Positions 37,430 to 46,570 of a stretch of 49,482 nt of DNA are shown piece by piece. Origin of the DNA: Thermoproteota archaeon (GTDB taxonomy: Archaea; Thermoproteota; EX4484-205; JAAOZO01). Under the pieces are notes generated by a model. That model was not told the DNA's origin, searched no databases, and worked only from the letters and a program-made list of their open reading frames with translations. The stretch lies in contig JBGOYZ010000004.1 of the NCBI GenBank assembly GCA_041479945.1, positions 1 through 49,482 of the forward strand, given 5' to 3'. A program made the translations under genes and the position numbers. Positions within the stretch are counted from its first letter, which is position 1. Every line of letters begins with the position of its first letter.

Positions 37430-38791
37430 ATGAGCACTGGCTCGGAAGCCATCCATCCACTGGACTACCGGTACGGTGACGCCAAGGTGAAACACGTGTT
37501 CTCCCAGTCGGAGAAGTTCAGGCTGATCTTGGAGTTCGAGGGAAAGGTGGCCGAGGTCCAGTCTGAACTGGGGATCATACCAGTATGGGCGGGGCCCGTG
37601 ATATCCAAGGCTGCCAAAGCGGGAATTCCACTGGAGAGGGTCAGAGAAAAGGAGAAGGAAACGCAACACGAGGTGGCGGCAGTTGCTTCCTGCCTTGAGG
37701 AGGCGGCGGGCGAAGCGGGCAGGTTCGTTCACTTCGGCTTGACGTCCAATGACGTTCTTGATACGATCATGTTCATGCAAGGATCCGAGGCGGGCAAACG
37801 AATCCTAGAGCTGACAAAGGACCTAGTCAAAGGATTAGTGAAGAGGGCCGAAGAGAGCCGACACCTACTGTGTGTTGCCAGAACCCACGGCATGCACGCC
37901 GAGCCCTACACGTATGGACTCAGGTTCGCGGTGTGGTCATCGGAGATAGTCCGCTGCTACCTCAAGCTCTCAGATGCGCTCTCACAGGCCAAGGTCGGCA
38001 AAGTCAGTGGAGCTGTCGGAGACTATTCTGCACTGGGGGCGAGGGGCCCAGAATTGGAGAGTAGAGTCCTCGCCAGCTTTGGACTCAAAGCCCTGACTCC
38101 AACCACCCAAGTGATCCCAAGGGATGTCTTGACTTCGACGTTGCTTCAGTTGGCAACTCTGTCATCAGTGTTGGACAGAATTGCGACGAACCTGAGAAAC
38201 CTTCACAGGACAGAGGTAGGAGAAGTCAGAGAGGGTCGGACCGAAAGACAGGTTGGATCATCGGCGATGCCTCACAAGAGAAATCCGATCGGATGCGAGA
38301 AGGTCTCTGGTCTGGCTCGAGTGGTTAGGTCGTTGGCTTTGGCCTCCCTTGAAGATGTCGTGTTGTGGGATGAGAGAGACCTGACGAATAGCTCTGCTGA
38401 GAGAGTGATAATGCCTGAGATGTTCGGCCTAGTCTCCGAGCAGTTGACTACAATGACGGAGGTAGTGAGGAATCTCGTGTTGGATGAAGAAGCGATCGAG
38501 AGGAATCTGAATTCAACCAAAGGAGCGATATTCTCGGAGTTCATCTTGGGAGAGCTTGTTCTGTCCGGGATGGGCAGGGCCGAGGCGCATCGTCTCGTTA
38601 GCGGCATCGTCGAGGAAGTTGCGAGCTCCAAGAAGGACTTTCTGACGTTGCTCCGCGATGACCGAGTTGTATCGTCCAAGATCTCGGATGAGAAACTCAG
38701 AATCCTATTCGATCCGAAGAAAGCACTGCTACTTTCGGACGAACTGATAGACAAGGCCATCGCAGAGGCAGGGCAAATTCCCCACGACTAA
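37430..38791 (+). CDS. purB: Adenylosuccinate lyase
   Basis: HPLDYRYG, H.G.TSND, RTHG.HA.P, SSAMPHKRNP and ERDLTNSS.ER motifs. Confidence 0.95.
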   Translation: MSTGSEAIHPLDYRYGDAKVKHVFSQSEKFRLILEFEGKVAEVQSELGIIPVWAGPVISKAAKAGIPLERVREKEKETQHEVAAVASCLEEAAGEAGRFVHFGLTSNDVLDTIMFMQGSEAGKRILELTKDLVKGLVKRAEESRHLLCVARTHGMHAEPYTYGLRFAVWSSEIVRCYLKLSDALSQAKVGKVSGAVGDYSALGARGPELESRVLASFGLKALTPTTQVIPRDVLTSTLLQLATLSSVLDRIATNLRNLHRTEVGEVREGRTERQVGSSAMPHKRNPIGCEKVSGLARVVRSLALASLEDVVLWDERDLTNSSAERVIMPEMFGLVSEQLTTMTEVVRNLVLDEEAIERNLNSTKGAIFSEFILGELVLSGMGRAEAHRLVSGIVEEVASSKKDFLTLLRDDRVVSSKISDEKLRILFDPKKALLLSDELIDKAIAEAGQIPHD

Positions 38792-38834
38792 GTGATCGTT
38801 GCGGCCGTGAGCCCAGCGAAGCCTTTGCTCAACT

Positions 38835-39383
38835 TCAATGGGTCGCTCCTCCACATTCCATTTCGTTCTGCTCCCAGAGAAGGACAATCTCTCTCCAGTC
38901 CGGCCCAGCAAGAGAGGCGTGTACCCCTGCGCAGTTCTGATCAATAGATACAACGTACCTCTTTCCGGTGGGGGAAGTAGCGAGAACCAGGCCATCAGAA
39001 CCCGAGACAAGGTTCTGAACCGAGTCGACTTGGATTGGAAAGAAGGGATACAGCCTGCATTGAAGTGGCTTGACCTCGTGAACGGAACACTCGTTCTCCT
39101 CCAAGAAGATACATCGGATCTCTCCGCTGGCATCAGTGAACAACGTGGAATAGAGTTTGCTGTCCTGTTCTCGCTTCTGTTCGCGAACGCGGCCTACCTT
39201 CGTGGCTTGAGTGGGGAATCTCGATTCGATCCTCGTCAAATCACTCTCCGTGATTCGCACGTCCAAAGCACAACAAGACCCGCACATCCTGCAGGAGAAT
39301 CCCGTATTCACTGAAGCTAGGAGGTCGTCGATTCCTGCTTCGGAGGATGGAATCCTACTCGACGAATGTGCGGTCCGACACAT
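38835..39383 (-). CDS. YkgJ-family (CxxCxxCC) cysteine cluster protein
   Basis: FSCRMCGSCC, C.FL....C..H..KP..CR.YPF. Confidence 0.85.
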   Translation of the reverse strand: MCRTAHSSSRIPSSEAGIDDLLASVNTGFSCRMCGSCCALDVRITESDLTRIESRFPTQATKVGRVREQKREQDSKLYSTLFTDASGEIRCIFLEENECSVHEVKPLQCRLYPFFPIQVDSVQNLVSGSDGLVLATSPTGKRYVVSIDQNCAGVHASLAGPDWREIVLLWEQNEMECGGATH

Positions 39384-39500
39384 TACCCTAGTTCACGTGC
39401 TGAGGCTGTGATATAAGGCATCCGTGTGTCGCCACTCACCTGCAGACGACAGGGAATCTGTACCAAAGCTTTTGTTCGCCGTGACGTGGTTCGACCTAGT

Positions 39501-40249
39501 ATGCCATTCGAGTACTACAGTCAGGGGGTAAGCAAGTTCTTCGTTGACTTCACGGAGAGGATCTGCTCCCAACTCGCGCTCGCAGGCACTGAGATAACGA
39601 ACAAAGCAGGCGCAGAGCCTCTTCTCGAGATGGATGTCAAGTACAAGGATGAGACGGGCAGACTTCAATTCATCAAACAGGACCCGAACATAAAGACTGT
39701 CTACACTGTGAAGAGGAGAACACTGGAGGAAGCGGCCGAAAAGGCGACAGAGCAAGGAGTGATGTTCGGAGCCTTGGGAGGTCTCGCCGGTGGAATACTG
39801 CGAGGTGACAAGGAGGCCGCCATAGGAGCGGTGGGCGGTGCGGTGGGTGGGGGGGGGTCCATGGTGCTTTAGAGGGCAAGCACGCGGCCACCGATATGGC
39901 AACTGATTTCGCGATACTGCTCGCCAATTCTGTCAAGGGTGCCGAGGACCAACTCCAGGCAATAATGCAGGGTCAGCAGGAGGCAGCGTCAGCACGATCC
40001 GAGGCATCGCGCGAGTTGAGGGACCAGCTCGACGAGATATACGGAGAGATTCTGACACTGAAAGAGGAATGTTCACTCTCGGAAGGGCCCGCAGCAAAGG
40101 ACGCCAAGGCAAGGGTCGAGAGGGCCGAGCAACTGTACAACGAGGCGACTGCCGCGCTCGACGCGGGAAGGGCCTCAGAGACAAAAGCCAAGATGGTCGC
40201 AGCGCGGAACCTCGCGGAGTCTGCGAAATCCAAGCTCGGGACACAGTAA
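39501..40249 (+). pseudogene. Glycine-zipper/coiled-coil hypothetical gene split by a frameshift at a G9 tract (39849-39857)
   Basis: ORF 39501-39872 and ORF 39896-40249 fuse through GAVGGAVGGGVHGALEGKHAATDMATDF if the tract is G7 or G10. Confidence 0.6.
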
Positions 40250-40339
40250 CACCCTGACGAGTGTCAACAAGAGAGGGACCGGTTCGAGTCTGCGTTGGCG
40301 AATACAAACTCATAAGCTGAAGAAGAACGATCTGTCGAC

Positions 40340-41572
40340 ATGGAAGCCAACACGCAGGAGCGTCTCGACTACGCGAAGACATTTCTCATCGGTCTGGGTT
40401 TCTTCGGCGTTTCCATCATCTGGAGCGTCTACAACTCTTACATCCCAGTGTTCCTGAAGGAGATGGGCCTAGCGACGTGGGCAGCTGGAGTCGTCATGAC
40501 AATGGACAACATCATGGCCATAACGCTTCAGCCATACGTCGGTTTCCTCAGCGACAGGACCAATACGAAGCTCGGAAGGAGAATGCCGTACATCTTAGCG
40601 GGAGCTCCAATAGCTGCTGTCCTCTTCGCCCTCGCCCCGAGTCTTGTATCGAGCGGTCTACTCGTCCTCCTGACTCTGTTGATCGTGTTCAACATCGCCA
40701 TGGCCATTTACAGAACTCCGGTCGTATCGCTGATGCCGGATGTCACCCCGAGGAAACTCCTGAGTCCAGCGAACGGGATAATCAACTTCATGGGAGGAGT
40801 CGGTTCGATCCTCGCATTCTTCGGGGGAGGATACGCATACGACCACTTCGGAGCGGCGAGCCCGTTCTGGTTGGCAGCGGGCATACTGCTGGGATCTACT
40901 GTGTTGCTCTTCCTTGTGGTTAAAGAGCCCAAGCAAGCCATTGAGGGAGCTCCCAAGGGAGGGTTCGTCGAATCGTTCCTCTCGATGCTGTCGGAGGTCA
41001 AGAGGCTTTTCTTCGAGAGCAAGGACAAGAGTGGAGCCTCCATACTGCTCGCGATATTCTTCTGGTTCGTAGGATACAACGCGGTAGAGACATTCTTCAC
41101 GTCATACGGGAAGTGGTATCTCGGGATAAGCGAAGGATCTGCGTCGTTCATGTTGGGCTATCTTGCTCTAGCCTTTGTATTGTTCGCCATACCGAGCGGC
41201 TACCTAGCCTTGAAGTTCAACCGAAAGAAAATGATCATGATCGGACTCACAGGCGGTGTGTTGTTTCTGGCAGTCCCTCTGGTCACCAACTCCTTGTTGT
41301 TGATATCCGCCGCGGTTGCCGTCCTCGGTATCTTCTGGGCATGTATCAACATAAACTCCCTCCCGATAGTCGCGGAGTTGGCCCCCTCCGGTGGAACCGG
41401 TGGATACGTCGGGCTCTACTACCTCTTTTCTGCTGGAGCTGCGATCACTGCCCCGCCCGTGGCAGGCCTGCTGGTGGACCTGACAGGTACCTATCTGACC
41501 ATCTTCCCATTCGCAATGATCGCCTTCGTCATCGCTATGGCACTCATGTCGAGAGTCAGAACCGGCATATGA
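40340..41572 (+). CDS. MFS transporter (SLC45/MalT-like sugar permease)
   Basis: About 12 hydrophobic segments; QP.VG.LSDRT.T.LGRRMPYI motif. Confidence 0.85.
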   Translation: MEANTQERLDYAKTFLIGLGFFGVSIIWSVYNSYIPVFLKEMGLATWAAGVVMTMDNIMAITLQPYVGFLSDRTNTKLGRRMPYILAGAPIAAVLFALAPSLVSSGLLVLLTLLIVFNIAMAIYRTPVVSLMPDVTPRKLLSPANGIINFMGGVGSILAFFGGGYAYDHFGAASPFWLAAGILLGSTVLLFLVVKEPKQAIEGAPKGGFVESFLSMLSEVKRLFFESKDKSGASILLAIFFWFVGYNAVETFFTSYGKWYLGISEGSASFMLGYLALAFVLFAIPSGYLALKFNRKKMIMIGLTGGVLFLAVPLVTNSLLLISAAVAVLGIFWACININSLPIVAELAPSGGTGGYVGLYYLFSAGAAITAPPVAGLLVDLTGTYLTIFPFAMIAFVIAMALMSRVRTGI

Positions 41573-41810
41573 TCATGGCGGCCTTGTGCCTTTGTTGACA
41601 GGAATCTTGTTGGTAGCTGCGGCAAGCCCCCGTCGCTGTATTCCAGAAAGTCCAAGTGTTACCATTGCAGAACTGATCTATCTTCAATTTCCTAGAGATC
41701 ATCGAAGGGAGAATCCTCCCACAAAAGCGTACACAGGGAGGTCCAGAACCTGCTTCACATTCGGACGGCCTAACGGACTGCTGTCAGCTGTTGAGACTTG
41801 ACTCGCAGGA

Positions 41811-42632
41811 TCAGACCGATATGTCCCTGCGCTGAAAAGCAAGCAAAGCTATCGAGAGTGTTACTACGATCAGGGCTAACAGGACTGTTGCGTCTCCTAC
41901 ATTGAGTCCATTCATCAGCGGGTCGGCCTGAATGTAGTAGAAGAAGGGCGAGTACTTGCGATAGGGCTGTAGATTTACGAAGGTGGCGGCGAGAGAGTTG
42001 ACGAAATAGGAGGCAACACCCAAACTCACCGCTACACCCGTGCTCATGCCGGGGCTAAGTCCGATGCAGCCCAGAGCCAAGGCCATTGAACCGAACACTA
42101 GGCTCAGCAGAATCACACTCAACGTGACCTCTGCAAGTCGAATGAGGCTGATGCTCGTGTTTGTGGCCACCGACGCCACCGCCAGCTCAATCTCCAGAAG
42201 AGCCCCAAGCAGAAAAGTGGAGGCTACTAGTGCGGCGAACTTCTCCAACACTATCCTACTTCTGGGCATCGGGTTGGACAAGAGCAAGTCCAGTGTGCCT
42301 CGATCCTCTTCACCAGCTATTGCATCACTGCCGAACGAGACCGTGAACAGTATGAAAGCTAAGGGCACAAATATGAAGAAAAGTTCGGAGTCAAGGAAGG
42401 CTTCAGGGCGAGTGGTGAACTGCGTCAGATTGCTCCCTATGAAGGCCTCAATCAGTCCTGACGGGAAAGACTGCAGATATGAGACCATCATCTGTGCCAT
42501 GAAAGGGTTGTCGCGTATGTAGGGCCAGTACAGCGCGTAAATCAGTGACATGCCCGTCATGACCAGCAGCCATCCGATCATAGCGCGGCGTTTGTCTCTC
42601 AGCGTCTTCAAGACCACGTTGTTGAGCATCAT
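41811..42632 (-). CDS. ABC-2 type exporter permease
   Basis: IAGEE.RGTLDLLLS.P..R..I..EK and SPFFYY motifs; multiple TM segments. Confidence 0.88.
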   Translation of the reverse strand: MMLNNVVLKTLRDKRRAMIGWLLVMTGMSLIYALYWPYIRDNPFMAQMMVSYLQSFPSGLIEAFIGSNLTQFTTRPEAFLDSELFFIFVPLAFILFTVSFGSDAIAGEEDRGTLDLLLSNPMPRSRIVLEKFAALVASTFLLGALLEIELAVASVATNTSISLIRLAEVTLSVILLSLVFGSMALALGCIGLSPGMSTGVAVSLGVASYFVNSLAATFVNLQPYRKYSPFFYYIQADPLMNGLNVGDATVLLALIVVTLSIALLAFQRRDISV

Positions 42633-43528
42633 GCTTTGTCACCTTGACCATAGAAGGACATGAAGATCTCCTCCAAGCTCGGCTCATGTGTGATTATATT
42701 TTCGACTGGAAATGCAGAAGCTGCCTTGACAACGGCATCCAAAGAACCCACTACAGTGCAATGCATTATGCCATTCTCCATCGCGACATCGCGGACTCCG
42801 CTCACACCGACGAACGCCTCCTTGGGCACTGACCTAGCGAAATGGATTTCCAGATGCCTCAGCTCTCGGGACTTCAAATCCCTCACGCCCTCCACCGCCA
42901 CAAGCTTGCCCTCTCGAAGGATGCCAACTCGATCACATATGCGCTCCACCTCTGGAAGAACATGCGATGAAAGAAACACGGTACGTCCTTCGGACTTGGC
43001 CTCTTCGATTATGTGGTAGAATTCCCTCTGCATGAAGGGATCTAAGCCCAAAGTGGGCTCGTCTAGGATGAGCAAGTCGGGCTTGTTCATAAACGCCTGG
43101 ATGAGTGCGATCTTCTGCTTGTTGCCGTGCGAAAGGGATCTTATGGGCTGAGAGAGGCTGCAGTCCAACCTCTCTGTCAGCTCGTCAACGTATTTCCAGT
43201 CGACACCATTGCGCAGGTGAGCGAAATATGTTAGGAAGTCCTTGCCCGTCATGTTGTCGTACATCGCAAGCTCTCCCGGAACATAACCGACGCGTCTTCT
43301 GATGTCCAAGCTGCTCTGATTCACGTCCTTGCCGAAGATCTTGGCTTGTCCTCGTGTCGGGCGGATGAAGTCCAACAGCAGTCTAATTGTAGTTGTCTTA
43401 CCTGCACCGTTAGGGCCCAAGTAGCCGAATACCTCGCCTCTTTCGACCTCGACGTTGAGGTCGACGATCCCTCGGTGCTTTCCGTAGAACTTGGTCAGAC
43501 CCTCCGTAGTGACGACACTATCAACCAT
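42629..43528 (-). CDS. ABC transporter ATP-binding protein
   Basis: GPNGAGKTT, LS.GNKQK, LLILDEPT and SSH motifs. Confidence 0.95.
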   Translation of the reverse strand: MVDSVVTTEGLTKFYGKHRGIVDLNVEVERGEVFGYLGPNGAGKTTTIRLLLDFIRPTRGQAKIFGKDVNQSSLDIRRRVGYVPGELAMYDNMTGKDFLTYFAHLRNGVDWKYVDELTERLDCSLSQPIRSLSHGNKQKIALIQAFMNKPDLLILDEPTLGLDPFMQREFYHIIEEAKSEGRTVFLSSHVLPEVERICDRVGILREGKLVAVEGVRDLKSRELRHLEIHFARSVPKEAFVGVSGVRDVAMENGIMHCTVVGSLDAVVKAASAFPVENIITHEPSLEEIFMSFYGQGDKA

Positions 43529-43632
43529 GGTGACTACCTCTCCTCCTGCGCACTGCGGTCTTCGGGCGCTCCAGTACGAGCGATATAGGTATTCACAAAG
43601 ATAGAACCCTTAGCCCAAGAATGGAGATTCGG

Positions 43633-44046
43633 CTACTTGATCCCGGCTCTCTTCGCGTACTTCACCATGATGAACACGACGAAGGCGACAATGATGAAGT
43701 CTACTACTACGCCGATGAAGTCGCCGATCGCAAAACTGATCCCGTTTCCCACAGGAAGGGTCAGAATGGCATTACGCCAGTCTCCGCCAGATATCAGCGC
43801 TCCAGGTATCGGCATGATGATGTCGTTGACCAGTGCCTGCACTACCTTTCCGATATACGTTCCCATGATGAAACCCACTGCTAGACCAAGTACCCCAGCT
43901 TTCCCAATGAAACCGATGAACTCCTGCCAGATCCCCTCGGGGACGGGTGAAGGCGCTGTTGACTTCGGTTCCAGCAACTGACGTATCTTCTTGAGCTCAT
44001 CCAAGATCTCGTCTTCTCTGGTCATTTCCATATCAGTCGAACTCAT
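43633..44046 (-). CDS. mscL: Large-conductance mechanosensitive channel MscL family protein
   Basis: EF..F....V..LAVGFI.G......V..LV.DIIMP and G.FI..VVDFII.AF..F motifs. Confidence 0.88.
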   Translation of the reverse strand: MSSTDMEMTREDEILDELKKIRQLLEPKSTAPSPVPEGIWQEFIGFIGKAGVLGLAVGFIMGTYIGKVVQALVNDIIMPIPGALISGGDWRNAILTLPVGNGISFAIGDFIGVVVDFIIVAFVVFIMVKYAKRAGIK

Positions 44047-44182
44047 CCTCCTCTGAATCTATAAGAGTTGGCTCATTCCAGAGTTGAATCTCAGCCCTCA
44101 GTCGGCCGTCTGTCCGTCAAGCATGTGACGGGCTTTACACTGACCGACTTCATCGTAACACGTCTTTGAAGGCTTAAGTTCG

Positions 44183-45553
44183 TTGAGGAATCACGATAAT
44201 CGACCACACCAAATGGAGTTGGGTGTAGAAGATTCGGGCTTGATGGGCATGGGCATCGAGAAGGTCAGCACTCACGATGGTGGGTTTGAGATCGTCGTAC
44301 CGGGCGCACGTGTCGCGCTTGAGGGGAATGGCGCCCTGAGCATCGAGCAGCGCATGGGAACCCAACGTAGGTTATTGAGTTGCCAACTGCCACCTCATCT
44401 GTCTCCCTGGCGAGTAGCCAAGCAGACTCCTTTTCGTTGCGCACTACAGGGAAACGGGTTGCGACTCACAGTTCAGGGGGATTCAATCCTCATCTTTGAA
44501 CCGCAACAACATATACGACTCACGTTCAACGGACACTTCCGTCCAAGCTACGCTCAGGAGACAAAGGGCAATAGATTGATCCTCGACCAGTCTGGCGGTT
44601 GCGGCTTCTACGGTATCCCACCGCGGCCCACGGAGGTTCAGAATCCCGATTCGGACAAATGGAGTCTGATGGCCCACTTGGCTAGGTGGGACGAGCTGTG
44701 GGTCTCGATCTGTCCTCCGAGAGAGCGTGACGTCAAACGCTACTTTGAACCGGTCGCACATGAAGGTAACAGACAGGACCCCTACCCCTCCGATGAGATC
44801 ATCAGAAGCGATGCCAAATACTGCAAGGTGTTCACCGTCCATGAGTGCTGGGCAGCTTTGGAACCTGAGTGGGCGGAGAACCCCCCGGGCTCCAAGTACG
44901 AGCACCCCAGGCCTTGGGAGACAGACCATCCCGTGCCAGGGGACATGAAGGAGTTCACTCGATTGCGTGACGAGGTGCACAGACTCGGCATGAAGTTCGT
45001 CGTCTACTTCAGTCCGTACTACTCCAACGCTCCCGACCTTTTCGCTGAGATGAAGCGTATTCCCGAGGAGTACGGGCTGGACGGCCTTTACTTCGACGGC
45101 TGGATGGGTCATCAAGACGACTTCCGTCCGTTCTATTACATGATGCGCCGGGCCAGAGCGATTCTGGGAGATCGCTTGTTGTACTTGCACTCGAGCACGG
45201 AGCCGTATGGCACCTGCAGGGTCTATCTGCCGTTCGTCTCAACTTACGCTGACTACGTTCTCAGCGGAGAAGCTGGCAGGGATGGGTTGGAGAAAGAGGA
45301 ATTCCTTCGCTACACGGTCAGCGGATATCAGACCAGCAACTCGGTTGGCATGTGGTGTTACTACGGCTCAATGGGACTGCCGGGATACCACGACATCGTG
45401 CCCCCGAGCGAAGACATAGAGGCAGCGCTCCGAAACCACATCCGATTCTGGAGGCCAGCCGGGTCGTGGTCGAAGGTGCCCGACGAGTTGGCTAGGTTCG
45501 ACAAAGAGTACTACGGTCACCTAGCTGAACTCAAGAAGAGAGGTGAAGTCTGA
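44183..45553 (+). CDS. Hypothetical protein, putative glycoside-hydrolase-like TIM barrel; start uncertain
   Basis: Long ORF with H.LGMKFVVYFSP and YGLDGLYFDG motifs typical of GH-like (beta/alpha)8 barrels. Confidence 0.55.
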   Translation: MRNHDNRPHQMELGVEDSGLMGMGIEKVSTHDGGFEIVVPGARVALEGNGALSIEQRMGTQRRLLSCQLPPHLSPWRVAKQTPFRCALQGNGLRLTVQGDSILIFEPQQHIRLTFNGHFRPSYAQETKGNRLILDQSGGCGFYGIPPRPTEVQNPDSDKWSLMAHLARWDELWVSICPPRERDVKRYFEPVAHEGNRQDPYPSDEIIRSDAKYCKVFTVHECWAALEPEWAENPPGSKYEHPRPWETDHPVPGDMKEFTRLRDEVHRLGMKFVVYFSPYYSNAPDLFAEMKRIPEEYGLDGLYFDGWMGHQDDFRPFYYMMRRARAILGDRLLYLHSSTEPYGTCRVYLPFVSTYADYVLSGEAGRDGLEKEEFLRYTVSGYQTSNSVGMWCYYGSMGLPGYHDIVPPSEDIEAALRNHIRFWRPAGSWSKVPDELARFDKEYYGHLAELKKRGEV

Positions 45554-45556
45554 CTG

Positions 45557-45904
45557 ATGGACAGAATGGTAGCAGCTTGTGGTTTGATTTGCACAGAATG
45601 TCCTGCATACGTCGCAACGCAAGAAGACAACCAAGAGAAGAGAGCGAAAGTCGCTGAGGACTGGTCGAAGTGGGGAGAGAAGTTGAAGCCCGAGGACGTC
45701 AACTGCGACGGTTGCATCCAAGCTGGCAAACTAGTTTTCAGGTTCTGTAACACATGCTCAGTCAGGGGTTGTGTGCTCGAAAGGAGCCTCAGGAACTGTG
45801 CCTACTGCAGCGAGTATCCCTGTAAGAAACTCGATGACCTGCTCAAGAGTATGGATGCCCTTGCCGCGAAGAGCAACCTAGATGAGATAAGAAAGAGTAT
45901 CTGA
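45557..45904 (+). CDS. DUF3795 Cys-rich protein
   Basis: ACGL.C..CPAY, C.GC, C..C.VR.C and C..C.EYPC motifs. Confidence 0.85.
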   Translation: MDRMVAACGLICTECPAYVATQEDNQEKRAKVAEDWSKWGEKLKPEDVNCDGCIQAGKLVFRFCNTCSVRGCVLERSLRNCAYCSEYPCKKLDDLLKSMDALAAKSNLDEIRKSI

Positions 45905-45979
45905 GTGTCTCCGTCGAGGATCTTCTCCGAACGCCGAAAGATTAACTCAAACACAAAGCGAGTTCGAACGATATGACCC

Positions 45980-46255
45980 TCACTCAAGTCTTCTTATTAT
46001 GTGCCAACCGAACTTCGTCTTCACCGGCTGGGAAATCTCGCCCTTCTTCAGCGCAAATGCAGCCAACTCAAACTCACGCACCATCTGACCTCTCCCGAAC
46101 GTGCCGAGGTCACCGCCTTTCTTCCCTGATGGGCACTGTGACTTCTCCATCGCCAGCTTTGAGAAATTAGCTCCTTTGTTCAACTGATCCAGTATGGCTC
46201 TTGCTTCTTGCTCCTTCGTTACCAAGATATGCGCACAGTGGATCTTGTCTGCCAT
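45980..46255 (-). CDS. Parvulin-type peptidyl-prolyl isomerase
   Basis: C.HILV, F..LA...S.CPS...GGDLG.F.RGQMV.EFE and PVKT.FGWHII; start moved to ATG 46255. Confidence 0.93.
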   Translation of the reverse strand: MADKIHCAHILVTKEQEARAILDQLNKGANFSKLAMEKSQCPSGKKGGDLGTFGRGQMVREFELAAFALKKGEISQPVKTKFGWHIIRRLE

Positions 46256-46359
46256 GTCACCCGGGCGATTCGGTTGGCTCTTAAGCGTTTGAATGAACAA
46301 CGTGGCAGCACGTGTAGGATCTGGGAACGGAACCGGCACACTGCGAGCCCACGCCTTTC

Positions 46360-46509
46360 GATGGCCGTGCTTACACCAGCATAGCTTTTGTAGAGAGCCG
46401 AGCGATCTTGACCTACTACGTTGCTGGGGTACCAGTGGGCGGAGTCAGCGGTAACAATACTTGGGCACTGAAGCTCAGGAGTATTCCGATCGATTGGTTC
46501 CACGAATAG
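46360..46509 (+). pseudogene. Start-less gene remnant resembling the C-terminus of a sialidase/BNR beta-propeller protein
   Basis: Reads DGRAYTSIAFVESRAILTYYVAG...WALKLRSIPIDWFHE*; in-frame TAG at 46315 and no standard start codon before the conserved-looking part. Confidence 0.45.
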
Positions 46510-46570
46510 TGACCTTCGCGTGCAGAGAAGTATTAAGAGTCCAGACGCCACCTGACTCAGAGTTTTCGCG

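Noticed and set aside
39849-39895. BHB intron as the cause of the split glycine-zipper gene
   Set aside because: No helix-bulge structure was found, and a homopolymer length change explains the split.
40278-40295. T-loop-like GGTTCGAGTC
   Set aside because: No acceptor stem or other tRNA arms around it.
41586-41801. 71-aa ORF between the MFS and ABC permease genes
   Set aside because: No recognisable motif or expression signals; likely spurious.
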